Notes: a model not told the origin generated them from the letters alone. A DNA stretch of 64,000 bases from an uncultured delta proteobacterium (GCA_963847445.1 CAWJZV010000023.1:140811-204810); one strand, 5' to 3'. Positions 30,572-41,747 are shown, counted from the stretch's first letter. A program made the numbers and translations.

Positions 30572-30922
30572 TCAGTCCGCCAGCGGCACGGTCATGAACA
30601 CATGGGGCTCGCTGCCGAGCACGCGCGAGGTGTGGCCTTCGCCGCTGGTGTCGTCGGCGAGCATGACGTCGCCGGTTGTAAATACCCGCTTGACGCCGTT
30701 GCTCGCTTCGATCTCCCAGGAGCCGGAGAGGGTGACGAGATATTGCCGTCGCGGCGCGGGATGGCGCTCCAAGAAAAGTCCTACGGGAGCGGAGCGAAAC
30801 ACCGCGCCGGTGGCGGCGCGCATGTCGGTGCTGAGCATCGGTTGGTTGCCGCCGAATTTCAGTTCGATTTCTTCAAAGTGCGATTTATCATCGTTGCCGC
30901 TGTAGAGTCTGACGATTTTCAT
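30572..30922 (-). CDS. Small cupin-fold protein
   Basis: HPAPRRQY..L.G..EI..GDV.LADDTSGEGH family motif; AGGAGG RBS. Confidence 0.8.
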   Translation of the reverse strand: MKIVRLYSGNDDKSHFEEIELKFGGNQPMLSTDMRAATGAVFRSAPVGLFLERHPAPRRQYLVTLSGSWEIEASNGVKRVFTTGDVMLADDTSGEGHTSRVLGSEPHVFMTVPLAD

Positions 30923-30987
30923 AAGTCCTCCTAAATGATGTTGGCTTGTCCCGGCGTCGGTTTCGCAGCTCTGCCGGTTCTTTCATA

Positions 30988-31603
30988 TCACAGAGGTATC
31001 TGTCTTTTGTCCATGGCGCGGCGCCATTTTTTCTCCGGTTCATTGCCGAAGACTAACGACTTGTCGGCGCCGATCGCGAACCAGGAGTTGGCCTTGAGTT
31101 CCATCTCCAACTGGCCGGCGGCCCAACCGGCGTAGCCCATGATTAGCAATGCTTGGCGTGGACCTTTGCCGACCGCGAGCGCTTGCACCATCTTGGCGTC
31201 GGCGGTCATGGCGACGCCGTCTTTGACTTTGGTGCTGCTATCGAGAACCCATTCATCGCTATGCAGGACAAACCCTTGATGGCGGTTTACCGGCCCGCCG
31301 TAATGCACAACGATTTCGCCCTTGGCGCCTTTGGCGTCGATGCCAAAGCCTTTCAGCAGTTCGTCGAAGGGCACCTTGGCAACCGGCTTGTTGACGACTA
31401 GACCAAGTGCGCCTGTGTCATCGTGTTTCACCAGGTAGATGATCGATTCGGCGAAACGCGGGTCCTTCATTTCGCTGCTGGCGACGAGCAATTGGCCGGC
31501 TAAGAAACGGTTCGCCGGCGCTGCCAGACCCGAGAGCCCCGCGTTCGCCGACGTCAATGACGAGCAGTAACGCAGCCAGCCAAAGCAGTCTCAGGGACTT
31601 CAC
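30988..31603 (-). CDS. YqgE/AlgH (DUF179) family protein with hydrophobic N-terminus (frameshift near 31503)
   Basis: GQLLVAS..DPRF..GALGLVVN, YGGPV, GFVLHS, GYAGWAAGQLE.E...NSW. Confidence 0.82.
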
Positions 31604-31649
31604 TCTTGTTAAGGTTCGGGCGCGACACTGCATCGTTTGATACGCGCGG

Positions 31650-32081
31650 TTAGCCGCGCACTTTAGGGCCGACGCTTTCGATGGTGATGCGAATGATCAC
31701 GCGCTGCTCGCGCGCCATGCGTTGGTGAAATTCCGGCCAGCTCTTGTGCTCGCCGTAGGCTTGGCGCTGCAAGTAGACCAGAGTGTCGAGGGCTTCGGGT
31801 AGCGAAACGATCTCGGCCTTGCCGCTGACTTGGACCCAGCCTTCGCCGTGAAACGTATTGCCGAACGTGCATAGGGCGGCGCGCGGATCGCGGCGCAGAT
31901 TGTTGACCTTGTACGCGGTCTCGCGGCTGCTGATCACCGCTCGGCCTGCGCCATCGAGACCGCAGGTCACCGGCGACATCTGCAGGTCGCCGTTCTTGCG
32001 CCGGGTGGCGAGCACGCCGTGATGATTGTTCTTGAGAAATTCTTTAGCCCTGCCGGTTTCCACCGGAATGAATTCGGCCAT
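31650..32081 (-). CDS. PPOX-class (pyridoxamine oxidase-like, putative F420-dependent) oxidoreductase
   Basis: GVLATRRKNG..QMSPV, KVNNLRRDPR, M..EQRVIIRI. Confidence 0.85.
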   Translation of the reverse strand: MAEFIPVETGRAKEFLKNNHHGVLATRRKNGDLQMSPVTCGLDGAGRAVISSRETAYKVNNLRRDPRAALCTFGNTFHGEGWVQVSGKAEIVSLPEALDTLVYLQRQAYGEHKSWPEFHQRMAREQRVIIRITIESVGPKVRG

Positions 32082-32314
32082 GGTGCGATTTCCTTATTGC
32101 GAAAATTAGTTCAAGCGGATGGACGACAAAGTAGAATACCGGCCGGATCGATTGCAAGCGCGCGCGCGTAGTATTCGCTTGTCAGGCGTGAACCATCGGC
32201 CCAACGACCCATGACCGATGGCACAATCGGGTTGCGCGGCTCGCTGACGCTGCCTTCGTCTTGACCGGTTTCACCGCATAACCTATAACCAAGTCAGAGG
32301 GCGAGCTTGTGACC

Positions 32315-32998
32315 ATGACCATCCCACAAATGCAGTGTCCGGAGATTCTTCCGGTTTTTCCATTGACTGGCGTGATGCTGTTGCCGGGCACGGTTTTGCC
32401 GCTGCATATCTTCGAGCCGCGCTACCGCGCCATGGTCGAAGATGCCCAGCAAGGCGACAAAATGTTCGGCATGATCCAGCCTTACGCGCCACAGAACGAC
32501 AATCGCGGACCTCAGCCTGAGGCCGAGAACAGCGCGCCGGATCTCTACAAAGTCGGCTGCGCCGGTTTCATGGAAAAGTGTGAAAAGTTGCCGGATGGAC
32601 GGTTCTTCGTGCAGCTCAAGGGGGTTAGCCGTTTTCGCTTTGCCGAAGAGTTGCCGTTGCAGCGCGGTTACCGCAGGGTCAAAGCGGACTATAGTGAATT
32701 CGCCGACGCGGAACTGGAGCAAGACTGGCACTGTGCGCGCGCGGCGATCATCGAAGCGCTATCGATCTATGGCATTGCCCATGGCATGCAGGTCAACGCC
32801 GATCAAGCGGCGAAGTTCTCGGACCTTGAGTTGGTCAATCTCCTCGGCGTGTCGTTGCCCTTTCATCCCGCTGAAAAGCAGGCGCTGCTCGAAGCCGCGA
32901 CGCTCCAGGACCGCGAAAACATGCTCATCGATCTGCTCAAGCTCGGCGCCGGCCCGGCCACCAGCGACATCGAAATCGCGCCGCGAACCCTCAACTAA
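32315..32998 (+). CDS. Lon N-terminal substrate-binding domain protein
   Basis: LPVFPL..LLPG..LPLHIFEPRYRAMV, LPDGRF, EKQALLEA. Confidence 0.9.
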   Translation: MTIPQMQCPEILPVFPLTGVMLLPGTVLPLHIFEPRYRAMVEDAQQGDKMFGMIQPYAPQNDNRGPQPEAENSAPDLYKVGCAGFMEKCEKLPDGRFFVQLKGVSRFRFAEELPLQRGYRRVKADYSEFADAELEQDWHCARAAIIEALSIYGIAHGMQVNADQAAKFSDLELVNLLGVSLPFHPAEKQALLEAATLQDRENMLIDLLKLGAGPATSDIEIAPRTLN

Positions 32999-33061
32999 CT
33001 CAAGATCAATAGCGCTAGCGTCGGTTTCTCGAAGTGCGACGGCGGGCATGGGCAGCCATCG

Positions 33062-33853
33062 TCATCGCGATGCCATCCTGCCGCCCTCGACGGGAATATC
33101 TGCGCCGGTGATGTAGTCCGCCCAAGCCGAGGCGAGAAAGAGCACCGGTCCGACGTAGTCTTCGATGTCGCCGTTTCTACCCAACGGCGGTACGGTTAGA
33201 TTGACACCGGCGGGCAGAGTTTGGCTGCTGTCGTCCGGTTTGCCGGCGTATTGATTGACGCTGGTCAAACGGTTGGGCGTGAAGCCGGGACTGATCGAAT
33301 TGACATTGATATGATACTTGCCGAGCTCGACGCCCATCTGTCTGGTGAGATTGACGACGCCGCCTTTAGCGGCGCTGTAGGCCGAGCCGCCCGGCAGGCC
33401 GCGATGGCCGGCGATGGAAGCGATATTGACGATCTTGCCGCGGCCGGCTCTTTTCATCACCGGCACAACTTGCTTGGAACATAGGTAGATTCCCTTGAGA
33501 CCTATGCCCAAGACAAAGTCCCACTCGTTGGACTCGACTTCGGTAATTTCTTTTCCGGGGTAAATTTGCACGGCGGCGGCATTCACTAAAATATCGATAG
33601 TGCCGAAGCGGCCGACCACGTCGGCGACCATCTTAGCCACCTGATCTTCCTTGGTCACGTCGGCGCCAACGCCGATGGCATCGGTGCCACGCGATTTTAG
33701 ATCGCTGGCGACTTTCGCCGCTTTATCGAGCACGAAGTCGCCGATAGCGACCTTTGCGCCGGAATCGGCGAAGCCGCGGGCAAACGCCGAGCCGAGCACG
33801 CCGCCACCACCGGTGATCAGAACGACTTTATCTGTAAGTCCGAGGTCGCGCAT
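33062..33853 (-). CDS. Short-chain dehydrogenase/reductase
   Basis: TGGGGVLG, DILVNAA, YSAAK, VNSISPG. Confidence 0.92.
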   Translation of the reverse strand: MRDLGLTDKVVLITGGGGVLGSAFARGFADSGAKVAIGDFVLDKAAKVASDLKSRGTDAIGVGADVTKEDQVAKMVADVVGRFGTIDILVNAAAVQIYPGKEITEVESNEWDFVLGIGLKGIYLCSKQVVPVMKRAGRGKIVNIASIAGHRGLPGGSAYSAAKGGVVNLTRQMGVELGKYHINVNSISPGFTPNRLTSVNQYAGKPDDSSQTLPAGVNLTVPPLGRNGDIEDYVGPVLFLASAWADYITGADIPVEGGRMASR

Positions 33854-33869
33854 GAATGCTCCTCACGGG

Positions 33870-33941
33870 GAAGTAAGGAGTAAAGAGTTAGGAGTAAGGG
33901 TGGTGAGCGGGACTTCTGACTCCTTACATTCACTCCTTACT
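33870..33941. repeat. Palindromic heptamer array (GAGTAAG / CTTACTC-like)
   Basis: GAAGTAAG GAGTAAA GAGTTAG GAGTAAG ... CTGACTC CTTACAT TCACTC CTTACT. Confidence 0.7.
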
Positions 33942-33952
33942 GGGTTATTGGC

Positions 33953-34762
33953 TTATTCCGCCATATCGATCAACACACCATCGGGGTCGGCGACAAAATG
34001 CTGGCCCAGGCAGCAGCGGTGAAAGTCTTCCTCGTTCTTCTTGCCGTTGCCGCCGACAAATTTGCCACTCGCGGACGGCGGCGCGCTTTCAGCGAGCGCC
34101 GCCAGGTCGCTTTGGGTCTTGGCCAAGCTTTCCACTTTGAAGCCAAAGTGATCGAGCCCCTCGCGCAGGCCGCGGTACAGGCTGTTGTCGCGCGGGCGGA
34201 GCAGCAGCTTCACTTTGCCATCGGTCATGCAGATGGCGCCGTCGTCTTTGTAGGTTTCGGCTTCCTTCAGCTCGAATATTTTTTCGTAGAACTCGGCGAC
34301 CTGACTGGGGTCGTTGGCGCGGATCGAGATGTGATTGATCCAGCGCGGCTGCTCCCAACCGGATTCGTTGTAACCTTCGCGGACGTTGGCGACATGGGCT
34401 TGGGCGATGTCGAACTGGGTGCCTGCCGGATCGTAGCTGCGCAGGCCTGCGAAGGGCACGTAGTCCAGTCCCTTGGCGATCATCGATTTCGGATAATGCT
34501 GTTCCATGCGCCGGACAAACTCTTTGATATCCTCGACTTCAAAACCATAGTGGTCCATGCCGGACTGCATGCCGGCGTAGCGCGACAACACCGCCAGGCC
34601 GATGACGCCGTCGCTGATATGGCCGCGGCTGGCATTCTGTTTGCCGGTCTCATCCAGCGTGTTGCTGGTCATGCGCCGCATGCCGAAGACCTGCTGATAA
34701 AAATTATCCACCGCGGCGTGGTTATGGGTGTACATGGCGATATGGCGGATTTTGGCGAACAT
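33953..34762 (-). CDS. Two-domain VOC/glyoxalase family protein
   Basis: KIRHIA..FY..FG, G.DHYGFEV, INHISI, GLDHFGFKV, DPDG. Confidence 0.88.
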   Translation of the reverse strand: MFAKIRHIAMYTHNHAAVDNFYQQVFGMRRMTSNTLDETGKQNASRGHISDGVIGLAVLSRYAGMQSGMDHYGFEVEDIKEFVRRMEQHYPKSMIAKGLDYVPFAGLRSYDPAGTQFDIAQAHVANVREGYNESGWEQPRWINHISIRANDPSQVAEFYEKIFELKEAETYKDDGAICMTDGKVKLLLRPRDNSLYRGLREGLDHFGFKVESLAKTQSDLAALAESAPPSASGKFVGGNGKKNEEDFHRCCLGQHFVADPDGVLIDMAE

Positions 34763-34843
34763 AAAGTTCCTCCGAAAGTTTAGGGTCTGGAGTCTAGTGT
34801 TTGGCGACGCAGATTCTCAGTTACACTGAAGTGGGTCGCCACG

Positions 34844-35726
34844 TCAATGGAGGATTCGATGGCAGGGTGCGCTTTGCGCACCGATCCGAACTCCTGTGCG
34901 GCGAGCGCACCCTACGGAATTCGCGGCGAGAAACTGTCTGATGATGCGGTGCGCCTGGTCCGGGTTGGTCATGAAATAGTTGTGAGCTTCATTCGGGATG
35001 ACGGCGTACTGGCCGTTGGGCAGCGCTTTGGCCATGGCTTCGGACGCCAGCCGATGCGACGCGCCGGTGGCCGAGCCGTGATCTTGGTCGCCGACGAGAA
35101 CCAGCGTCGGCTGTTTAATCTCATGCAAGCCGGCCGCTAACATCGCAGGCTTGGCGAGCGACGACATGGCGCAGGTAGTCGTCCAGCGTCGGCAGGTTGT
35201 TCATGCGAATTTTCAGAAAGTGTTCGACGCGGTCGGGGTGTTGCTTAATATATTCCTGTGTCCAGCCGACTTCCAGGGTGTGCTCGCGGACATATTTCTC
35301 GTAGCCCCACTCGACCATCTCTTTGCACATCTTGAATGGGATCGGCGGCGCATGGGCGACTCCGGCGCCGACCGACGCGGCAATTATCTTCTTGACTCTG
35401 TCCGGGTATTTCAGCGCCATCAGTAGCGCCACCCGCCCGCCCATCGAATGTCCGAGGAGAATGGCTGGACCGGCGTTCAAGTGATCGAGGATGGCCACGG
35501 CATCGTCGACGAAATCGTCGCAGGAATATTGCTCGGTCGGCCGGCTCGATTTCCCGGTGCCGCGATAGTCGTGGGTGATGACCAAGTGATCGCGGGAAAA
35601 TTCCGGGACTTGGAAGGTGTGCCAGATGTCGCCGGCGCAGGCGGTTTCGCTGAAAAACAAAAAAGGGATTCCCCTGCCGTGGGTTTCGTGGAAAATATCG
35701 GTGTTGATGCGCGTTACGAAAGACAT
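34844..35726 (-). CDS. Alpha/beta hydrolase (frameshift near 35127)
   Basis: DYRGTGKS, GHSMGG, then PTLVLVGDQD..EAH in the 34844..35167 frame; C-terminus reads into a REP-like element. Confidence 0.85.
34861..34916. repeat. GTAG-type REP doublet
   Basis: GCAGGGTGCGCTTTGCGCACC ... GTGCGGCGAGCGCACCCTAC. Confidence 0.6.
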
Positions 35727-35734
35727 AGGCTCGA

Positions 35735-36043
35735 CTAGCGGGAGCTTCTGGTGTGTTGTTTCCCCTTTGCTGGCACGAGGGCGATGATCGACCGTAGGGC
35801 CTTGTTCACGGCTTCTGAGTTCGGAAAGTAGGCGCGCACATCGGGTTCGAGCATTACGGCGCCATCGGCCAACGTAAAGTGCTGCACGGTGACGGTGCCA
35901 TCGGTTTCACGGATCGTCACCGAATGTCCCTGCCGGTAAGCTTTATAATATTTGCCGCGTACACCATTCTTACCGCGGAAATCATAGTGCGGGCGCATGT
36001 CGTCCTTTGCTGAAGTATTGCGGCTAACTTTTACCTTCTTCAT
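35735..36043 (-). CDS. Putative BrnA-like antitoxin
   Basis: DMRPHYDF..GVRGKY..V.LEPDV..YF..SEAVNKALR; overlaps the BrnT gene. Confidence 0.75.
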   Translation of the reverse strand: MKKVKVSRNTSAKDDMRPHYDFRGKNGVRGKYYKAYRQGHSVTIRETDGTVTVQHFTLADGAVMLEPDVRAYFPNSEAVNKALRSIIALVPAKGKQHTRSSR

Positions 36044-36323
36044 AAATTCTCCGTTCTGAAGCAGTCGCGTTGCGGCAACTTATTATGCGGACGGACACTA
36101 GATCCGCCATAATTTCATGTTCCGTGTGAACAACGAGCAGAACTTTGTTGAAACCTGATAATCCAATACTGATGAATCGTTCTTCGTCGTCCGAATGATC
36201 ATCGTCGCTAAACGTCACGAGGAGAGGATCGTTAAAAACCGTTTTTGCTTCGGCGAAACTGATTCCATGTCTTCTAAGGTTTAACCTGGCCTTATTTGCA
36301 TCCCACTCAAATTCGAGTCGCAT
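36024..36323 (-). CDS. brnT: BrnT family ribonuclease toxin
   Basis: FEWDANKARLNLRRHGISFAEA..VF.DP..D..HS..EERF..IG..RIISCRNAT..ERRIYE. Confidence 0.92.
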   Translation of the reverse strand: MRLEFEWDANKARLNLRRHGISFAEAKTVFNDPLLVTFSDDDHSDDEERFISIGLSGFNKVLLVVHTEHEIMADLVSVRIISCRNATASERRIYEEGKS

Positions 36324-36401
36324 CGAGCAGAAGTATATGATTCCGCTCGTTCGAAGGCAAAGTGGCGGCGCACGACTGGGTCATATTTGAAGTTTGTCGA
36401 A

Positions 36402-38724
36402 CTAGGGTCGCTGCCCGTGCAGTCCCCGCAGCACCTTCTCCGCGGTGATTGGCAACTCACGGATGCGCACGCCGGTGGCGTCGTTGACGGCGTTGGCGAT
36501 CGCCGCGGCTACGGGCACGAGCGGCGGTTCGCCGAGCGCCTTGGCGCCGTAGGGGCCGATGGGGTCGGGCTGTTCGATGAATATTGCTTCGATGGGCGGG
36601 ATATCGATCAAGTTGGGGATCTTGAACGAGTCCAGGTTGAGGGTTAGCGGCGCGCCGGTGTCAGGGTCCATGGGGATCTCTTCCATCAGCGCGTAGCCGA
36701 TGCCTTGGACGACGCCGCCGATGATCTGGCCGCGCGCCGCTTCGGGATGAATGATCCTGCCGGAGTCATGCACGGCGACGTAGTTGAGCACGCGCACGTA
36801 GCCGGTGTCGGGGTCGACTTCGACCGCGGCGAAGTGGGCGGCGAAGGAATTGATGATGTGGGTCTTGCTGCCGGCGCGCAGCTTGGCCTCGCCGACGATG
36901 GTCTGTTCAGGCTGGCGCCGGATGACGTGACCGACGGGAATTTTTATTTCCGGCGTGTCGGCGATCACGACAAATTCATCGCGCCACAGCAATTTTGCCG
37001 GCTCCACTTCGAGCAATTTCGCGGCGCTTTCGAGTAGCTGGCGCTTGGCGTCTTCGGCGGCCTGTTGCGCGGCCAGTCCTGACGTGAACGTCGTCGTGCT
37101 GCCGGAAGTGCTGTGCGCGAACGGCGTGGTGTCGGTGTCGGCAAAGGTCGCGTGAACTTTTGCCATATCCAGGCCGAGAGTTTCGGCGACGATCTGACTG
37201 AGGATCGTCCATGCGCCCTGGCCGATCTCGGTGATGCTCATCAAAAGTTCGGCGCTGCCGTCGGCTGATAGTTTGACCCTGGCCGACGATTGGGATTGCC
37301 CGGTTTTGTAAATGCACGCGGCCAAACCCATGCCGCGGTACTTGCCGTTGACTAGCCGTTTGCGCGGACCGTTGGGGCGCGCCTGCCAACCGATTCGCTT
37401 CGCGCCTTCTTTGAGACATTGCGCCAAGAGATTGCTGGAAAAGGGCACGCCGCCTTCGATCGGTTGTGATGGAACTAAACTGTCAAGTGCCGTCACGCGC
37501 TCTCCCGGTTGGCCTTCGGCGCCCACGCAATGGCGCAAGCGGAACTCCAGCGGGTCGATGCGTAAACTTTCCGCGACTTCGTCGGCGAAGGATTCCAGGG
37601 CGAAATGGGCCTGCGGCGCGCCGAGGCCGCGATAGGAGCCGGCCACGGGACTGTTGGTGTAGGCGACTTTGCCGACGAAGCGCGCGTTGGCGCAGCTGTA
37701 AAGATAAGTGAGCCCGTGGCCCAGCCGGGAAGCGACGCCGTAGCCCGGCGCGTAGGGGCCGGTGTTGAGCGCGCTGGTGGTGTCGATGACGGCTGATCGT
37801 GCCGTCCGCTTTGATGCCCATGCGAATACGCGTCGTGGTGGCGTGGCGCCATTTGCCGTAACCGAGTTCTTCCTCGCGGCTGTAGCCCATGCGCACGGGC
37901 TGGCCGGCCTGGCGCGCGAGCAGCGCGGTGATGAGTCCCAATCGGGTTTCATCTTTGCTGCCGAAGCCGCCGCCAAGATAGGTGGCGAGGACACGGACGC
38001 GGTCCGGCGGCAGTGAGAATGTCTTGGCGAGCTTGTCGCGATCGCCGTAGACGTTGCGACTGGCCTTCCATACCGTGAGCCGATCGCCTTGCCAGGACGC
38101 CACGGCGTAGCGCGGCTCCAGCGCCAGGGGACTGGTGGATTGCGTGCGATAGGTTTGCTCGAAGATCTGCGCGGCTTCCCGCATGCCGAGGTCGATATCG
38201 CCGCGCGAGAATTCAATCGCTTCTTTGCCGGCCAGGTTAGCGCCGCCACGCACCGACGGCGCATCGGCTTCGAGGGCGCGCTCTTCATTCAAGACGAAGG
38301 GCAGGGGACGATAGTCGACTTGAATCAAACGCAGTGCTTCTTCGGCGATCTCTTCGCTGTCGGCGGCGATGGCCGCGACTTCGTCGCCGACGTGACGCAA
38401 GGTTCGATTGAGTAAATAAACCGGCGCCACCGCTCCGTCAGACCCTGAATCATCACCGGCTTCGAACGGGATTGCCGGCACATCGCGATAAGTGATCACC
38501 GCGCGTACGCCGGGCAACGCCTGGGCTTTCGCGGTGTCGATGGCGACGATCTGCGCATGAGCATGGGGACTGCGCAGGGTTTTACCGTACAGCAGATTCT
38601 CGACCGACAGGCGGTCGCCGGAAAACTCGGCGGCGCCGGTGATCTTGCTATGGGCGTCGACGCGAGTGACTGACTGGCCGACGACGCGGAGAGCGGCCTG
38701 TTGCGGAGCAGGGAATTGCGACAT
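36402..38724 (-). CDS. Xanthine dehydrogenase/aldehyde oxidase family molybdopterin-binding subunit (frameshift near 37793)
   Basis: LRSPHAHA, LGGGFGSK, YRGLGAPQ, EIGQG, GQIIGGVVQGIG, GAKALGE. Confidence 0.9.
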
Positions 38725-38888
38725 GGGGTATCGGAGCGCGCGAAATTTGCTCTTTGGATAGCAGAGCGGCGGCGTAACGACAAGCACAAACTCTCAGCTT
38801 CTATGACTGAACTATTATGATGTCAGATTTACGGCGGTGGGTTTGACTTTATTCCTGAGACCGTGACATTTAGCATTGATCGCGAGGT

Positions 38889-39540
38889 ATGGAGTCCATG
38901 AACCGCACGCAAATCATCATCGTCCGCCATGGCCAGACTGAGTGGAACATTCGCGGCATTCGCCAGGGATATCTCGACAGTCCGCTGACGGATCGGGGGC
39001 TCGCTCAGGCGAAGGCGTTGGGGCAGCGTTTGGCGCGGGAGAAGTTCACGGCGTTGTACAGCAGCGATCTCGGTACGGGCGGTGCAGACGGCGCAAGAGG
39101 TCTCAAAGGTCACGGGGCACGCGATCGTTACCGACGCGCGCTTGCGCGAGCGTCATCTCGGGATATTCCAAGGGCTTAACGGTGAGGAGATCGTCGCCAA
39201 GCATCCGGAAGAGCGGCGACTGATGCGCAGCCAGGGGCCTGGCTATGTCATTCCCGGTGGCGAGAGCATGGTGCAGCAGGTCGAGCGCAATATGGCTTGC
39301 CTCAACGACCTCGCGGCCAGACATGTCGGCGAGCAGATCGTGGTGGTCACCCATGGCGGCGTGGTGAGCGGTTTTTTTCGCCACACCTTGGAGATTGCTC
39401 TCGAAGCGCCGCGCCGTTTCGAGTTCGTTAACGCCGGCTTAAACGTTTTTGCCCATGAAGACGGCAATTGGCTGCTGCTGACCTGGGGCGATGTCAGTCA
39501 TTTGGCACCCGGGGCGGCCAGCGAGGGGGATGATCCATAG
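38889..39540 (+). CDS. Histidine phosphatase (phosphoglycerate mutase) family protein (frameshift near 39078)
   Basis: RHGQTEWN, YSSDL, LRER..G, GGES, VVTHGG. Confidence 0.88.
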
Positions 39541-39560
39541 CCGCCGCGTATGCGGCGGTG

Positions 39561-39605
39561 GTTCCAAACGTTCCAATCGTTCAAGTCGTTCAAATTGTTT
39601 GAACT
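39561..39605. repeat. Nonamer tandem repeat (GTTCMAAYC-like)
   Basis: GTTCCAAAC GTTCCAATC GTTCAAGTC GTTCAAATT GTTTGAACT between convergent genes. Confidence 0.7.
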
Positions 39606-39636
39606 CGAAACCCGAAACGTCAGAAGTTCTCCTAGC

Positions 39637-41101
39637 TTAAACCGTCGCGCGTTTTTCCATTCGCACCGTAAAACCTGGCTGCTTGATATAGACTTGATTC
39701 GAGTCTTTGCGCTGCGCTAGCTGCTCGATGATTTTCACCAGCGGTTGGGTGGCGTCGAGGTATTCCCTGGGCTTGCCGTGGTTGGGCAGCGCTTTGACGT
39801 ACTCTTCGCCGGCGAAGTAGTGCAAAATCAAGTCTTCGTCGGAGAGCTGGGCGCCGTATTTTTGGCGAATCTCATGTAAAGTCGGCTCCGGCTGTTCCCA
39901 ATGCGTCCACTCCTTGGCGCGCGGCCGGCTGAGTATCTTGTCGCGCACGCTTGGGATCCATCACTTCGACCGCTTCCTTGCCCCAGATGCCCAAGGCGTA
40001 CTGGATATTCTGGTCGGGCACTTCTTTGTAGCGCTCGCCGACGATGACGTTGATCGCCGCCTGGGTGCCGACGAATTGCGACAAGGGCGTGACCATGATC
40101 GGATAGCCGAAGTCTTTGCGCACCTGGCCGGCTTCTTCCAGCGCGGCTTCCATCAAATGCTCTTTGCCGACGATCTTCAGTTGATGGCGCATGTTGGAGA
40201 TCATGCCGCCGGGCACTTGGTGCCGATACATGCCCTCGTCATATTCAACCGGCTTGCCGATGGGCAGGCCGTCGCGTTGGGCGACCGCGGTAAAATGTTT
40301 CACCACCGGCTCCAACGGCTTCAAGTCAATCTGCGGATCGTAGCCCAGCGCTTTCAGATTGCTGGCGATGTTAAAGATCGACGGCTGCGATGAGCCGTTG
40401 GCCAGCGGCGGGATCGCGGTGTGCAGGATGCGCATGCCGAGCTTGACGCCTTCCAAGTAATTCAGCGGCGCCTGACCGCTGTTGCAGTGGGCGTGAAACT
40501 CCACCGGGATATCGCCGGCGGCTTTCAAGACGACCGGGATCAGTGTACGCGCGCGGTCGGGCGTGAGCAGGCCGCCGACGTCTTTGAAGCAGATGCGCCA
40601 GGGATGGGCCGCCGCGGCTTCCTTGGCTTTCCTGGCGTAGTACTCGTCGGTGTGGCGCGGCGACACTGAATAGATAAGATTGGCCACGGCGTCCATGCCA
40701 TGTTTTTTCAAATCGGCGATCTCTTCGCCGAAGGCGTCATAGTCGTTCCAACAGTTCGACGTGCGCGTCAGGGTCAGGCCGTAGGAAACCAACCGTTCGA
40801 CTAAAAGTTTGAGAATACAATGCGGCGTCTTCTCGAAGGCGCTATGCATGCCGCCATGGTAGCGCAGGCGGGTTTTCTTGATCAGCTTGGTGCCTTCCTT
40901 GAGCCAGTACCAGGGGTTTTCTTTGTGCTCGCGGACATATTTCTTGAAGATGACGCTCAAGAAAAACTCCATGGACTCGAAACCGGCTTCGTCCATATGC
41001 GGCAGCGCCGGCAGCATGGAGCCGATCTTCATGTTCAGCGCCCAGAGGCTTTGGTTGCCGTCGCGGACTGTGGTGTCGATGAAGCGAACTTGGTTATTCA
41101 T
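39637..41101 (-). CDS. Pyruvate carboxylase subunit B / oxaloacetate decarboxylase alpha-like carboxyltransferase (frameshift near 39950)
   Basis: DTTVRDGNQSL, CFKDVGGLLTP, FHAHCNSG, HQVPGGMISN, GYPIMVTP.SQ; no biotinyl AMKM domain. Confidence 0.85.
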
Positions 41102-41117
41102 TGATCCTCCGGAATAG

Positions 41118-41190
41118 CGTTCAAGAGTTCAAGGTTCAAAGTTCAAGGTCGGATGTTCCAATTGTTCCAATCGTCTAATCGGTTCCAATC
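41118..41190. repeat. GTTCAA/GTTCCAAT short repeat array
   Basis: GTTCAAGA GTTCAAG GTTCAAA GTTCAAG ... GTTCCAATT GTTCCAATC. Confidence 0.65.
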
Positions 41191-41261
41191 TGGATGACTT
41201 TGACGTTTCTGTATCTGTATAAATTCTTGGGTAGAGATCAAACGACGGGGAGGACGAGTCG

Positions 41262-41681
41262 ATGAAAAGCTTTCGCAAAGAGCTGTGGTTCAATACGCCG
41301 ACGCGGGTGGCGTTCGTCAATATCACGGCGCAGGTTGACGCGTGTCTGCGCGAGAGTGGGGTGAAAGAGGGGATGGTGCTGGTCAATGCCATGCACATCA
41401 CCGCCTCGGTGTTCATCAACGACGACGAGGCGGGTTTGCATCACGATTACACCGTCTGGCTGGAAAAGCTCGCGCCGCACGAGCCGATCAAGCAATACCG
41501 CCACAACGACACCGGCGAGGACAATGCCGATGCGCATATCAAGCGCCAGGTGATGGGCCGTGAAGTGGTGGTGGCGATCACCGATGGCAAGCTCGACTTC
41601 GGTCCGTGGGAGCAGATTTTTTACGGCGAGTTCGATGGCCGGCGCAGAAAGCGCGTGTTGGTGAAGATTATCGGCGAATAG
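41262..41681 (+). CDS. yjbQ: YjbQ/UPF0047 (secondary thiamine-phosphate synthase) family protein
   Basis: [41 protein letters not shown]. Confidence 0.9.
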   Translation: MKSFRKELWFNTPTRVAFVNITAQVDACLRESGVKEGMVLVNAMHITASVFINDDEAGLHHDYTVWLEKLAPHEPIKQYRHNDTGEDNADAHIKRQVMGREVVVAITDGKLDFGPWEQIFYGEFDGRRRKRVLVKIIGE

Positions 41682-41747
41682 ACGAATGCTCTTCGGCGCT
41701 AAGCCGATGGGGTCTGAATTCGTCGACTGGAAGTCGACTCTTCCGTC

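Noticed and set aside
32219-32237. TGGCAC..TTGC upstream of the Lon-N gene as a sigma54 site
   Set aside because: Seven-nt spacer instead of five
39561-39605. Short tandem GTTC-starting repeats as a CRISPR array (also 41118, 51909, 63951)
   Set aside because: Units are 7-9 nt with no unique spacers, and there are no cas genes in the window
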